Shown here: positions 1-11,429 of the stretch, piece after piece
Position numbering within the stretch: the stretch's first letter is position 1
Layout of the letters: each line of letters starts with the position of its first letter
Origin: Malacoraja senta
Taxonomy: Eukaryota
Length of the DNA: 64,000 bases
Reading direction: 5' to 3'
NCBI GenBank assembly: GCA_038087875.1
Contig: CM075996.1
Span: 188,001 to 252,000, forward strand
Made by a program: the position numbers and the translations under genes
The notes under the pieces: generated by a model
What the model was told of the DNA's origin: nothing
Seen by the model: only the letters and a program-made list of their open reading frames with translations
Databases searched by the model: none

Positions 1-69
1 TTAAAAAATAAATACAAATTGTTGCCTCTAACTATCATTTATTTATGCCCGGGACAACATTTAATGTCA

Positions 70-175
70 AGAATAGACATAAAATGCTGGAGTAACTCAG
101 CAGGACAGGAGAACTCAGCATCTCTGGAGAGAAGGAATGGGTGACGTTTCGGGTCAAGACCCTTCTTCAGACTGA
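70..175 (-). mobile_element. Solo Penelope terminal module (family A) with a hammerhead core
   Basis: Minus strand reads agtctgaagaagggtcttgacccgaaacgtcacc. Flanked by aacatttaatgtca (56-69) and aacatttagtgtca (176-189). Confidence 0.8.
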
Positions 176-274
176 AACATTTAGTGTCATTCTCTTAGTC
201 CGAGAGGAACTGGGTGTAACAGGAGTTGACATTACAGCAGAAGAGTCAATCGCATTGTTGTAGGTTTGGAGTTA

Positions 275-593
275 AGGGGCTGTCCCACTGTACAAGCTAA
301 TTGAAGATTTCTCCCGAGTTTCCACTGATTCAAACTTGGAGAATTACGGTAATGGCCGCTCGTAGGTACTCGGGGCTCTCGTGGACATTTTTCAACATGT
401 TGAAAAATCTTCACGAGTCTTCACGAGCTTACCGCGTTTCCCGAGTACCTGCCGTTAGCGTTACGAGCCGCTAAGAGACGTCCCGAGCTCCGACGTACCC
501 GCTACGTACATTCTACGTGCTTCCCATGAGTGTGATTTTTTTTTAAAAACTCGGCAGAGCTCTTGAATTACCTCGTACAGTGGGACAGGCCCT
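275..593. mobile_element. PIF/Harbinger-type MITE (internal type A)
   Basis: TIRs aggggctgtcccactgtac / gtacagtgggacaggccct, with TTA on both sides. Confidence 0.85.
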
Positions 594-955
594 TTACATA
601 TAGGTCAGGAGCATTGGCAGCTTCCTTTCCTTAAGTCGGAAGGTGTTCCGAGGTTGTGCAAGATTCCCTAGAGCTCAGTCAAACTCCAGTAAGCAGGAAA
701 AATCCAATTGTTCGGAAATCCTGATTCCATCCTCTGAAAACCTGGCATGCGCCCCCTTTTTCTTTTTGACCTTCGGTCACCCAAGTTTCCCTGACTTTGC
801 TTGAAAAGTCTGCTTCACTCATTAGTCTGGGAGGTGAGCCATGAGTCCCAATGGGTGTGTGGTCAGAGCCAAGGGTCCAGGGTAGAGCCAGGGTCTGGAC
901 TGTGGTCTAAGTGTAAGAACAGACCTGAGATTGGGGTCCAAAACACCAAGGATCA

Positions 956-3319
956 CCCGGCCCTGACGGCTTCTCTGTAGAGTATTACAAAGCTTTCTCT
1001 GACCTCCTCGCACCAGTCCTGAGAGATATGTAAAATGAGGCGTTTTTACATCGTCGCCTACCGCCCACCTTGTCGTGGGCTACCATCTCCCTAATTCTTG
1101 AAAAGGAGAAAGATCCCCTGCTTTGTAGTAGCTATAGACCAATCTCACTCCTGAATGTGGACCTCAAAATCCTTTCTAAAGCCCTTGCGCTTCGTCTTCA
1201 ACGAGTGATGCCCTCTATTATCTCGTTGGATCAAACAGGGTTTATACCTGGCCGACAGTCTTCCCATAATACTAGGCGTCTCCTTAACATCATTCACTCT
1301 TCGAGTAATGAGACCCCGGAGATGGTGGTCTCCCTCGATGCCGAAAAGGCCTTCGACAGGGTCGAGTGGAGGTACCTATATGAGGCGATGGATAGGTTTG
1401 GCCTCGGTAACAGTTTTATTCTCTGGGTGAGCCTATTATATTCGTCCCCGGTGGCCTCAGTACAAACAAACGCCATACTGTCGCCCCACTTCACACTTCA
1501 GAGAGGTACCAGACAGGGTTGCCCGTTATCTCCACTCTTGTTTGATGTTGCGATAGAACCCCTGGCGGTCTGGTTACGCGCAGAGAAGGGCTTTAAAGGT
1601 ATTACACGGTTTGACACAACTCATAAAGTCTCATTGTATGCGGATGACCTGCTCCTGTACATCTCGAACCCAGTCAGTTCTCTCCCTGTGATTATGAATA
1701 TTTTAGAACGGTTTGGTGCATATTCTGGTTATAAACGTAACTACCAAAAGAGTGAGCTACTACCGATTAACAAACCGGCTAAGCTGCTCCCTCGCTCTTT
1801 AACCTCACTCAAAAGGGCAGAGGATGGGTTTCGTTATCTCGGCGTTTTTATCACAACACCCTTATCTGATATGTTCCGCACAAACCTTTTGCCTCTGGTT
1901 GAGAAAGCCGAAAAAGATTTTGATCGCTGGTCAGTCTTACCGCTATCTCTCGTGGGCCAGATAAATCTGGTTAAGATGGTTGTCCTACCCAAATTCCTGT
2001 ATCCTTTCCAGCATGTCCCCATACTTATCACCAAATCTTTTTTTGACAAATTAGAAAGGACAATATCTAAATTCTTATGGGGTAGCAAACCGGTCAGAAT
2101 CCGAAAGGCGATACTGCAGTCGCCTAAGAGTGATGGCGGTTTGGCCCTCCCTGATTTTAGGCGATATTACTGGGCAGCTAACTTGCAAAAACTCCTGTAT
2201 TGGATGAATGATGATTGCGAGCACCCACCGATCTGGGTATATATGGAAAAGGCGAGTTCACATCTCCCGTTGCGGTCTGTCCTATGCTCCCAACTCCCCC
2301 TTTCTATATCATCTGTGGGTGCAGGCCCAATTGTGTCCCTATCGCTCAAGATATGGAGTCAATTTAGGAAAAACCTCGGTTTACAGGGTCCTTCCATCTT
2401 GACCCCACTGCTTAAAAATCACATTTTTAAACCTTCAAGTATAGACCACGCATTTAAAACCTGGCATAGCAATGGCATCAGTAGTATTAAAAACCTATAT
2501 AAGGATGGCATCTTCTCATCCTTCGCGGAGCTCTCGTCTAACTACAACCTCCCAAACTCCCACCTTTTTCGTTTTTTTCAGATTAGGGATTTTGTGAAGA
2601 AGACATTTCCCTACTTCCCAAATCGCCCTCCTGAAACCCTGACTGATATCATCTTAGCTTCAGACCCCAATCGGAAGAAATGCATCTCTATTTTGTATAA
2701 TTTGCTAGGGTCGGTTTTATTGAAACCTCATACCTCATTAAAAGCTGCGTGGGAGGGAGAGCTGAATACGAAATTAACAGACCAGCAATGGGACTCTGCC
2801 TTGGATTTGATCCACTCTTCTTCCATATGCGCTCGTCATGGCCTAATCCAATGCAAAGTCCTTTACAAAGTCCACTATACAAATGCAAGATTAGCTAAAA
2901 TGTACCCAGCTGTTAATGACACCTGTAACAGATGTAGTCAATCTCCTGCCAACCATAGCCACATGTTTTGGTCTTGCCCTAAGCTAGCAGCCTTTTGGAG
3001 GAGTGCTTTTGAATTGATAAGCAGAGCTTACGACCAGACTATTCTTCCAAATCCAATGTCAGCCATTTTCGGTACCCCTCCCAATACCAACCTCTCTGTT
3101 GCAGTGAAACGGGTCCTAGCTTTTACAACCTTGCTTAGTTGGAGGCTTACCTGTCCCCCGACACACGCCCGTTGGATTAAGGAGGTGCTTTACAATCTGA
3201 AACTTGAAAAACGTAGGTTCTCTCTCAAAGGCTCTACCAAGACATTCCTAGATACATGGAGCCCTTTCTTTGAACTGGTTAACTCTCTTACCTTGTCCCC
3301 GGACTCAGAAGAGGACTGA
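956..3319 (+). pseudogene. L1 ORF2 remnant (reverse transcriptase and CCHC domain; endonuclease missing)
   Basis: The 749-aa open frame 1070-3319 contains YRPISLLNVDLK, SLDAEKAFDRV, RGTRQGCPLSP, LYADD, YLG and CNRC..H...WSC. The upstream in-frame segment carries one stop codon (RDM*NEAF). Confidence 0.93.
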
Positions 3320-3666
3320 GTGTTCTCCATCATCGTTTTGTTCTACAACAGCTGCTTTCCCCTTAATCCCCCCCTCCCTATAATTGTTTATTTAGATATA
3401 TATATATATATATATATTTTTATTTTTATTTTTATATAGCACATTTTGTTTCGTCTATTCTACCATTTGTGTGTGGATGTGTACGTATGTGAGTGTTGTT
3501 TGTCCCCGTTTGGCTCCGACCTGACTTGGGTGGGTTGAAGGTGGGTAAGGGTAAGGGTTTTCAGGATCGCTTACATACTGTTGTACAATTATGCCTTGAT
3601 TGTTACTGTCTGTTATTATTGTATGTATGTAAATTGCCGTGAAATTCAAATAAAAAGATTTAAACA
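956..3666 (+). mobile_element. 5'-truncated L1-clade non-LTR retrotransposon (ORF2 RT and C-terminal zinc knuckle, 3'UTR)
   Basis: Flanked by the 17-bp direct repeat caaaacaccaaggatca at 939-955 and 3667-3683. The frame starts with the L1 ORF2 motif PGPDGFSVEYYK at 956. AATAAA lies at 3649-3654 just before the TSD. Confidence 0.93.
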
Positions 3667-3927
3667 CAAAACACCAAGGATCAGGAACGTGGCTAGGATT
3701 GTGGCTGGAGACGAGGTCAAGAGCCAAGTCAAGAGTATTTTATTGTCGTATGTCCCTAACGGAACAATGAAATTCTTACTTGCGGCCAGGTCGGGTGTGC
3801 TTGTAACATCTCCAGGTAACTTTAAATCACCAGATTCACAGATTCGCTGGGAATTTTATTGCACCGCCATGTAATGTTTCAAAAAATGAAATAAAGTATA
3901 TGGGTATTTATTCTTTGCGCTTCTGCG

Positions 3928-4350
3928 CTTTATTCTTTGGAGCGCAGAAGGTTAAGGGGGGACTTGATAGAGGTCTTTAAAATGATGAGAGGGATAGACA
4001 GAGTTGACGTGGATAAGCTTTTCCCACTGAGAGTAGGGAAGATTCAAACAAGGGGACATGACTTGAGAATTAAGGGACAGAAGTTTAGGGGTAACATGAG
4101 GGGGAACTTCTTTACTCAGAGAGTGGTGGCTGTGTGGAATGAGCTTCCAGTGAAGGTGGTGGAGGCAGGTTCGTTTTTATCATTTAAAAATAAATTGGAT
4201 AGTTATATGGACGGGAAAGGAATGGAGGGTTATGGTCTGAGCGCAGGTATATGGGACTAGGGGAGAATACGTGTTCGGCACGGACTGGAAGGGTCAAGAT
4301 GGCCTGTTTCCGTGCTGTAATTGTTATATGGTTATATGGTTATATGGTAT
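3928..4350 (+). mobile_element. CR1/HER1-type LINE 3' end
   Basis: Translates LERRRLRGDLIEVFK...TRGH...FFTQRVVAVWNELP...SFKNKLD. The tail ends in (ttatatgg)n. Confidence 0.9.
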
Positions 4351-4429
4351 TAATAGGAGTAACATTCCATTAGTCTGGCAAATCTGCTGGTCCAGGACCA
4401 CTAAAATGGAAAGAGTGCGGAGTTATAGA

Positions 4430-4960
4430 ACCATAGAAACATAGACAATAGGTGCAGGAGTACGCCATTCGGCCCTTCGAGCCTATAGACAATAGGTGCA
4501 GGAGTAGGCCATTCGGCCCTTCGAGCCTATAGACAATAGATGCAGGAGTAGGCCAACCGGCCCTTCGAGTATATAGACAATAGGTGCAGGAGTAGGCCAT
4601 TCGGCCCTTCGAGCCTATAGACAATAGGTGCAGGAGTAGGCCATTTAGCCCTTTGAGCCAGCACCGCCATTCAATATGATCCTGGCTGATCATTCAAAAT
4701 CAGTACCCCGTTCCTGCCTTCTCCCCATATCCGCTATCTTTAAGAGCCCTATCTAGCTCTCTCTTGAAAGCATCCAGAGAACCGGCCTCCACCGCCCTCT
4801 GAGGCAGAGAATTCCACAGACTCACAACTCTCTGTGTGAAAAAGTTTTTCCTCATCTCCGTTCTAAATGGCGTAACCCTTTATTCTTAAACTGTGGCCCC
4901 TGGTTCTGGACTCCCCCAAGATCGGGAACATGTTTCCTGCCTCTAGCGTGTCCAAACTCG
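4430..4960 (-). mobile_element. CR1/HER1-type LINE 3' end with a five-fold tandem terminal unit
   Basis: Antisense LINE tail. A 44-bp unit is repeated across 4441-4660. Confidence 0.88.
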
Positions 4961-5914
4961 AGCCAGCACGATCATGGCTGATCATTCAAAATCAGTACCC
5001 CCTTCCTGCTTTTTCCACCATATCCCTTGATTCCTTTAGCTTTAAGAGCTAAATCTAACCCTCTTTTGAAAACATCAAAGATGTTATGAACTGTACATGC
5101 AAATCTTTCTTCAGACTGGAGGAGGCAGAGTTGTTCTCTTTGGAACAAGGAAGGTTAAGGGAAGATTTCACAGAGGCATTAAAGGCCACGACGAGATTGA
5201 CAGAGTAAACCAGGAGAAGCTGTTCCCCTTGTCAAGGGACTCGGTGGAAGCGGATTCATTAGAACTTTCTAGAAGTTTCCGGATAAATACGTGCATAGGG
5301 AGATGGGAAAATATGCATTTCTTCACTTTAGCAGAGCCTCACTTGTTTTCCATTACGTTTCTCAGACAGTAAATGTAGGAAGCATGGCGGCCAATTTGTG
5401 CACGGCAGGATAGACACAAAATGCTGGAGTCACTCAGCGGGACAGGCAGCATCTCTGGAACGAAGGAATGGGTGACGTTTCGGGCCGAGACCCTTCTTCA
5501 GACTGAAGAAGCGCACTGCAATTGTGCACAGCTCGCTTCTAGAAACATGAACATGACAAAGATCAAATCATCCGATTTTTATAGCATTGGTCGAGGCTTA
5601 AACATTTCCTTCAGGATTCCAGGGAATGCTCCCATGCCTTTTAATATCAATGTCATGAGATCATCTGGGGACCTTAATTTAATAAAAAATAAAATTCTTC
5701 ATATAAAAGATTGGCATCAGTGCAACACTCCCTAAGCACTCTAACGCCAGTTCCCTGGAAACTTTCAAGAGAGAGCTAGACAGGGCTCTTGAAGATAGCG
5801 GAGTCAGGGGATATGGGGAGAAGGCAGGATTGGGGATGATCGGCCATGATCACATTGAATGGCGGTGCTGGCTCGATGGGCCGAATGGCCTACTCCTGCA
5901 CCTATTGTCTATTG

Positions 5915-6402
5915 TCAGTGCTGTACTCCAGCAGTACTAGCCCTGTGAGATCCTCCCCTCTCTCAGCTCTGTCCTTGCGAAAGTGCTGCCTTTCCTCAAT
6001 GGGGATAGCACTCCGCTCTCTCAAACTCTGACCTTCCGACAAGGTTCCTCTTCCTCCACGTTCCCATTCCAACAGTGCAGCTCGCCTTGTATTTTGTCTG
6101 GGTTGCCTCTCTGTCCATACTCCCCACCCCCCCACCCCCACCCCCCACCCCCCACCCCCCATGGCAGCACAGTATTCCATCAGAATTCCCTCCACAAAAG
6201 TGCAGCACTCCTTCAGTGCTGCTTCTGCCACAGTCCAAATCTCTCTCAGCTTTCCGTCATCAACGGTGCCCCTCTGGCAGTGTGGCACTCCCTCAGCATT
6301 CCACGGGGAGCATCAGTTTGCATTTGGGACCTGAGTCTTTGAAGTGGGCCTAAGACCCGTAACCATCCGCTTCAGTAGATGGTCACCACCAACTGAGCTA
6401 CC
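5915..6402 (-). mobile_element. Old Deu-domain/SacSINE1-like SINE remnant
   Basis: Decayed tRNA-like head on the minus strand (tagctcagttggtgg...) and repeated gtgcagcactccctcag-like units. A related remnant lies at ~8345-8500. Confidence 0.5.
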
Positions 6403-6647
6403 AGAACCAAATGGATAACTCCCTCACACTGAGGGAGACTGAAGAAGGGTCTCGACCAGAAACATCACCTATCCATGTTCTCCAGAGATGCTGGCTGACC
6501 CGCTGAGTTACTCCAGCATTATGTGTCTTTCTTTGGTCAACCTGCATCTGCAGTTCCTCGTTATTACAGAGCATAAGAGGTCAGCTACTTAAGACTTTCT
6601 GTTGTTGGGTTTTCTACCAGAGATACCAAGCCATTGAGTGCATTGAG

Positions 6648-7310
6648 GCAGTGAAGAAAGCGAATGACATGTTGGCCTTCATAACAAGGGGAGTTGAGTA
6701 TAGGAGCAAAGTGGTCCTTCTGCAGTTGTACAGGGCCCTTGCGAGACCACACCTGGAGTATTGTATGCAGTTTTGGTCCCCTAATTTGAGGAAGGACATT
6801 ATTGCTATTGAGGGAGTGCAGCGTAGGTTTACAAGGTTAATTCCCGAGATGGCGGGACTGTCATATGCTGAGAGAATGGAGCGACTGGGCTTAGTATACT
6901 CTGGAGTTTAGAAGGATGAGAGGGGATCTTATTGAAACGTACAAGATTATTAAGGGTTTGGACACGCTAGAGGCAGGAAACATGTTCCCGATGTTGGGGG
7001 AGTCCAGAGCCAGGGGCTACTGTTTAAGAATAAGGGGTAAGCCATTTAGAATGGAGATGAGGAAACACTTTTTCACACAGAGAGTTGTGAATCTGTGGAA
7101 TTCTCTGCCTCAGAGGGAGGTGGAGGCCAGTTCTCTGGATGCTTTCAAGAGAGAGCTAGATAGGGCCTTTAAAGATAGTGGAGTCAAGGGATATGTGGTG
7201 AAGGCAGGAACGGGGTACTGATTGAGGATGATCAGCCATGATCACATAGAATGGCGGTGCTGGCTCGAAGGACCGAATGGCCTACTCCTGCACCTATTGT
7301 CGATTGTCTA
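6648..7310 (+). mobile_element. CR1/HER1-type LINE 3' part
   Basis: KKANDMLAFI..LYRALARPHLEYCMQFWSP..VQRRFTRLIP, then a frameshift, then MRGDLIETYKI..., ending in the (ctattgt)n tail. Confidence 0.92.
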
Positions 7311-8241
7311 TTTAATACTGAGAAAAATTGATATTCTGCCCTATAGGAGAAAGTACAACAAGAAAATGGAGTTGTGATTAGATACGGTTTTACTAAATAT
7401 CGGAATTGGTTTGAAGTGCCTTGCAGCCCAGTCACTTATGGTAAATCTCTGGAGTTAGTTCCAAGCATATCAGAGTTCAGTTCAGTTTAGTTTATTGTCT
7501 ACGTGTACCGAGGTACAGTGAAAAGCTTTTGTTGTATTCTAACCAACCAGCGGAAAGACAATACATGATTACAATCGAGCCATCCACAGTGCTCATATAC
7601 ATGATAAGGGAATGTGTAGGAAAGAACTGCAGATGCTGGTTTCAATCGAAGGTAGACACAAAATGCTGGAGTAACTCAGCGGGACAGGCAGCATCTCTGG
7701 AGAGAAGGAATGGGTGACGTTTCGGGTCGAGACCCTTCAGATAAGGAAATAACGTTTAGTGCAAGGTAAAGCCAGTATAGTCCGATCAAAGATAGTCCGA
7801 GTGTCCCCGATGAGGTAGATAGTAGTTCAGCGTTGCTCTCTGGTTGTGGTAGGATGGTTCAGTTGCCTGATAACCATCTGGGAAGAAACTGTCCCTGAAT
7901 CTGGAGGTGTGCGTTTTCACACTTCTGTACCTCGTGGGGCATATCTGTCCACTTTTCACTGATCTTGCCGCAAAGGGAAGAGAAAGGTTCCAGTCATGTT
8001 CCAAAGGAAGAGATTCCCTTTCATGCTCCTTCACGGAAATCAGGCTGGTTCTTCCACCTGCTTGCAGTAGCCATCCGCCGAGCGTATACAGATCAGAGCA
8101 CGTCAGTGATGTCTGGCAATGAGCACAGCTGGATTGCAGCCTTGAAAACGAATACATTAGTATTTAATTTCTGTTGCATTTTGGATTATTAGCACAGTGG
8201 CACAATGCCTTTTGGATACTTCTGTCTGCATTTCATGACAG

Positions 8242-8292
8242 GCCACTGACAGCAGAGGGTTCGGATGTACAGAGTGTTCCTCGGAGAAAAAG
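8242..8292 (+). CDS. Candidate 51-nt internal exon of an unidentified gene
   Basis: Pyrimidine-rich ...catgacag acceptor and AAG|gtaatg donor in non-repeat sequence. Open in two frames. Confidence 0.3.
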
Positions 8293-8501
8293 GTAATGTT
8301 ACAGTACTTGATAAAAACGGAACAGACTTGTGGCTGAAGCTTCAATGTATTGCCTCAGTGAACTGCTCTCTAGCATTCCACTCAGAAGGTTGTCGTTTCA
8401 AATCCTGCTCCAGTGACCTGTCCACGAAAGTCCAGGCTTCGGAGCTGAGCTGAGGACCGACTGTACTCCTCTGGACATGGCTCGGCCTGCCTCTATCTTT
8501 A

Positions 8502-8855
8502 AGGGGCTGTCCCACTGCGGCGACCTAATCCGCGAGTTTAGAAGAGTTTGCCCTTGACTCATACTCGCAGCATGGTCGACACAAGGTCCTAGGAGGTCTT
8601 TGTGACTCTCCTTCATGCTCGAGAGTAGTCCCCGCGTACTCGAGGCCTCAGCTAGGTCGCGGCGTATTTTTCAACATGCTGAAAAATGCCCGCCAGTAAA
8701 AAAAGGTCGCCGTGGAAAAAAATTGATATCATTTTTACTCGTAGGTATAGTCGAAGTAGGTCGTAGTAGGTCGGCATGTTAATCGTAGGTAATCGAGGGT
8801 AGTCGAAGGTAGTCGTAGATAGTCTTCAACATAGTCGAAGGTCTTCAACATAGTC
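8502..8855. mobile_element. PIF/Harbinger-type MITE (type B), right end lost
   Basis: Left TIR follows TTA. The body is nearly the same as 53496-54056. Confidence 0.8.
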
Positions 8856-10584
8856 ATAGTCAACATATCTGTCAACCAACGCCAATGAAATATCCCATTA
8901 TCATTTGTTGTTGTTGTGGTGGGATCTTGCTCTGTATAAATAAGATGCCCTGTTTTCCTCATTGCAACAATGGCCACATTTCAAACAACGTCCCATCGGT
9001 CGCGAACGGCTTTGAGAAGACATGACGGATTCAGAACGTTACGGAATTGCATGTCTTTTCCCACGGATTCTCCCGGAAAAAGGCTGGGGAAATTTGAGGT
9101 GCAACAAACTTACTGTGCAACAGAACAGGCTACAGGGACTAATGTTCCTTCTCTTTCATCCACAAGATTATTATTAATGTTTTATGTGTCATTCCTAACT
9201 GTCACTGTTTGTCAGGTTGTCGCTTGCGGGCGGAGCACCAAGGCAAATTCCTTGTATGTGAATACTTGGCCAATAAACGTATTCATTCGAAATACAGCAG
9301 CCAATTTGGGCTCTTATAAGCAAAAAAATGCTATTGACCAGAATATCTGGTTTCATTGATGCTAATTGAGGTATACGAAATGAGCAGTTCACCAGAGAGA
9401 ACCTCCTCCAAAATGGCTCATGTTGTATTCTTTATCTAGGATAAAAACTCTTCTGAAAATGGTATTATCAGCTTTCAAGACCTTAAACGCCCTTGGAAAC
9501 TCTCTTTTTAAGATGCTCATTGAAATCCATCTCTTGTGGCTTTTGCTTGGTATCATTTCCTTGAGAAACTTTGGGTCTCATAGCTGTTTTAAAGATGCTG
9601 TTGTAATGTTGTTCGTCCTTTTATCATTCTAAGCCATGTAAAGCAATTTAGAAAGTGAAAACGGCAGATTTTGGGAATTTGGAATTAAAGAAAATTCTAG
9701 CGACCCGAAATGTTGCCCATTCCTACTCTCCAGAGATGCTGCCTGTCCCACTGAGTTATTCCAGCATTTTGTGTCTATATCTAGCAATTCTCAGCAGATC
9801 AGGCAACATCCAAGGAGAAAGAAACAGCTTCCGATCACCGGTCTTTCTCCAGAACTAGGAAGTGTTGGAAATTAAACATGTTTCCAGTGGCAGAGAAGGA
9901 AAGGAGTGGAGAGAACAAAGGGAATGTCAGTGATAACGTGTAGGTCATCAGAGACTGAACGATACAGGTTTTGGTGATAGCAGAAGGAGGATGGTGAAGG
10001 CTTGTTGACTTGAAACTGATCTATTTGGAGAAGATGCAAATAAATGGAAATGAATGATGACAGTTGCAAGGGGAAATAGTAGGAGAACTGTGAGATTCAT
10101 TGTCTTGTCACTAGCCATAATGTTAACTCCATTCTTCACTTTCATCAGATGCTGCCTGACCTTATGTGTATTTCCAAAATGTCTGCTTTATTTCACATTT
10201 TGAGCTGTAATGTTATACATTTCACAGTTCTGGCACTGTTCCCCCACTCCCCTCTGACCACACTCATCTCTTACTACTTACATCTCACTCGGACAGGTTC
10301 AACTGTGATTAGCAAACCTCTTCATAATTCAGACAAAGTGTCATGGACTTAAAACATCAATTTTGTTTCTATCTTCTGAGACCTCATGTGACCTGCTGAA
10401 TATTTCCATGCGTTTCCTGTTATGGGCCCGTGGACCATGAGACTAAAAGAAATAGGAATAGAGTGGTCCTAAGTCAAGGGCATAGATTTAAGATGAGGGG
10501 TGGGGTGGATTTAATAGGAATCTGAGGGATAAATTTTGTACACAAAGGGTGGTGGGTGTATGGAACAAGCTGGTGGAGAAGCTG

Positions 10585-10675
10585 CTGAAGAAGGGTCTCG
10601 ACCCGAAACGTCACCCATTCCATCTCTCTAGAGATGCTGCCTGTCCCGCTGAGTTACTCCAGCATTTTGTGTCTA
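10585..10675 (+). mobile_element. Solo Penelope terminal module with an intact hammerhead core, inside a CR1-type LINE fragment
   Basis: Reads ctgaagaagggtctcgacccgaaacgtcacc...ccagcattttgtgtct. The host LINE resumes after the insert. Confidence 0.8.
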
Positions 10676-11192
10676 AGCTGCCGGAGGAGGTAGTTGAGGC
10701 AGGTTAAGAAACATTTAGACAGGTACATGGATAGGACAGGTTTCGAGGGATATGGGCCATATGGTGAGACTAGTGTAGATGGGGCATGTTGGTCGCTGTG
10801 GGTGAGTTGGGCCGACGGGCCCGTTTCCACGCTGTATGACTATGTCTCTATTCAGCCCCTTTGGTCCGTGCTGCCATTCGATAAGAAGACAACTATTCCA
10901 GCTTTCCGCAGATTCATTTTCCCATAACCCAAGATTCACTTATTGATTAAACAGTTATATCAACTCTGCATATATTCAAGTCTTATATCGCGACAGTTTT
11001 TTTCAGGCAGAGAATTCCAAAGACGCACAATCCCTTGGAGAGAAGTACTCTTCTTCATTTTATTCTTAAATAGGCACCGCCACCCCCCTTATTCTGAGCC
11101 ATTCCCACAAGCCTTGGACTCTGCCATCCTCCAAGCATTTCCACTGCCCAGAACCCAAGGAATCATATATGCCTCAATAATATTTTCTCTTA

Positions 11193-11429
11193 AGGGCCTG
11201 TCCCACTTTCACGACCTAATTCACGACCTCTGCCGAGTTTGCCCTTGACTCATACTCGCAGCATGGTCGTCACGAGGTTGTAGGAGGTCGTAGGTAGGTC
11301 GTAGCAGGCCGTGATGCTAGTCGTAGGTACTCATGGCATCAAGTAGGTCGAGGCGTTTTTTCAACACAACGAAAAATGTCCACGAGTAAAAAAGGTCGTG
11401 TATTAGGTCGTGAAAGTGGGACAGGCCCT
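11193..11429. mobile_element. PIF/Harbinger-type MITE (type C)
   Basis: Long near-perfect TIRs agggcctgtcccactttcacgacctaat / attaggtcgtgaaagtgggacaggccct. TTA TSD. Confidence 0.9.

Noticed and set aside
4441..4660. CRISPR-like regular repeats
   Set aside because: There are no unique spacers; the unit is a LINE tail and the context is eukaryotic.
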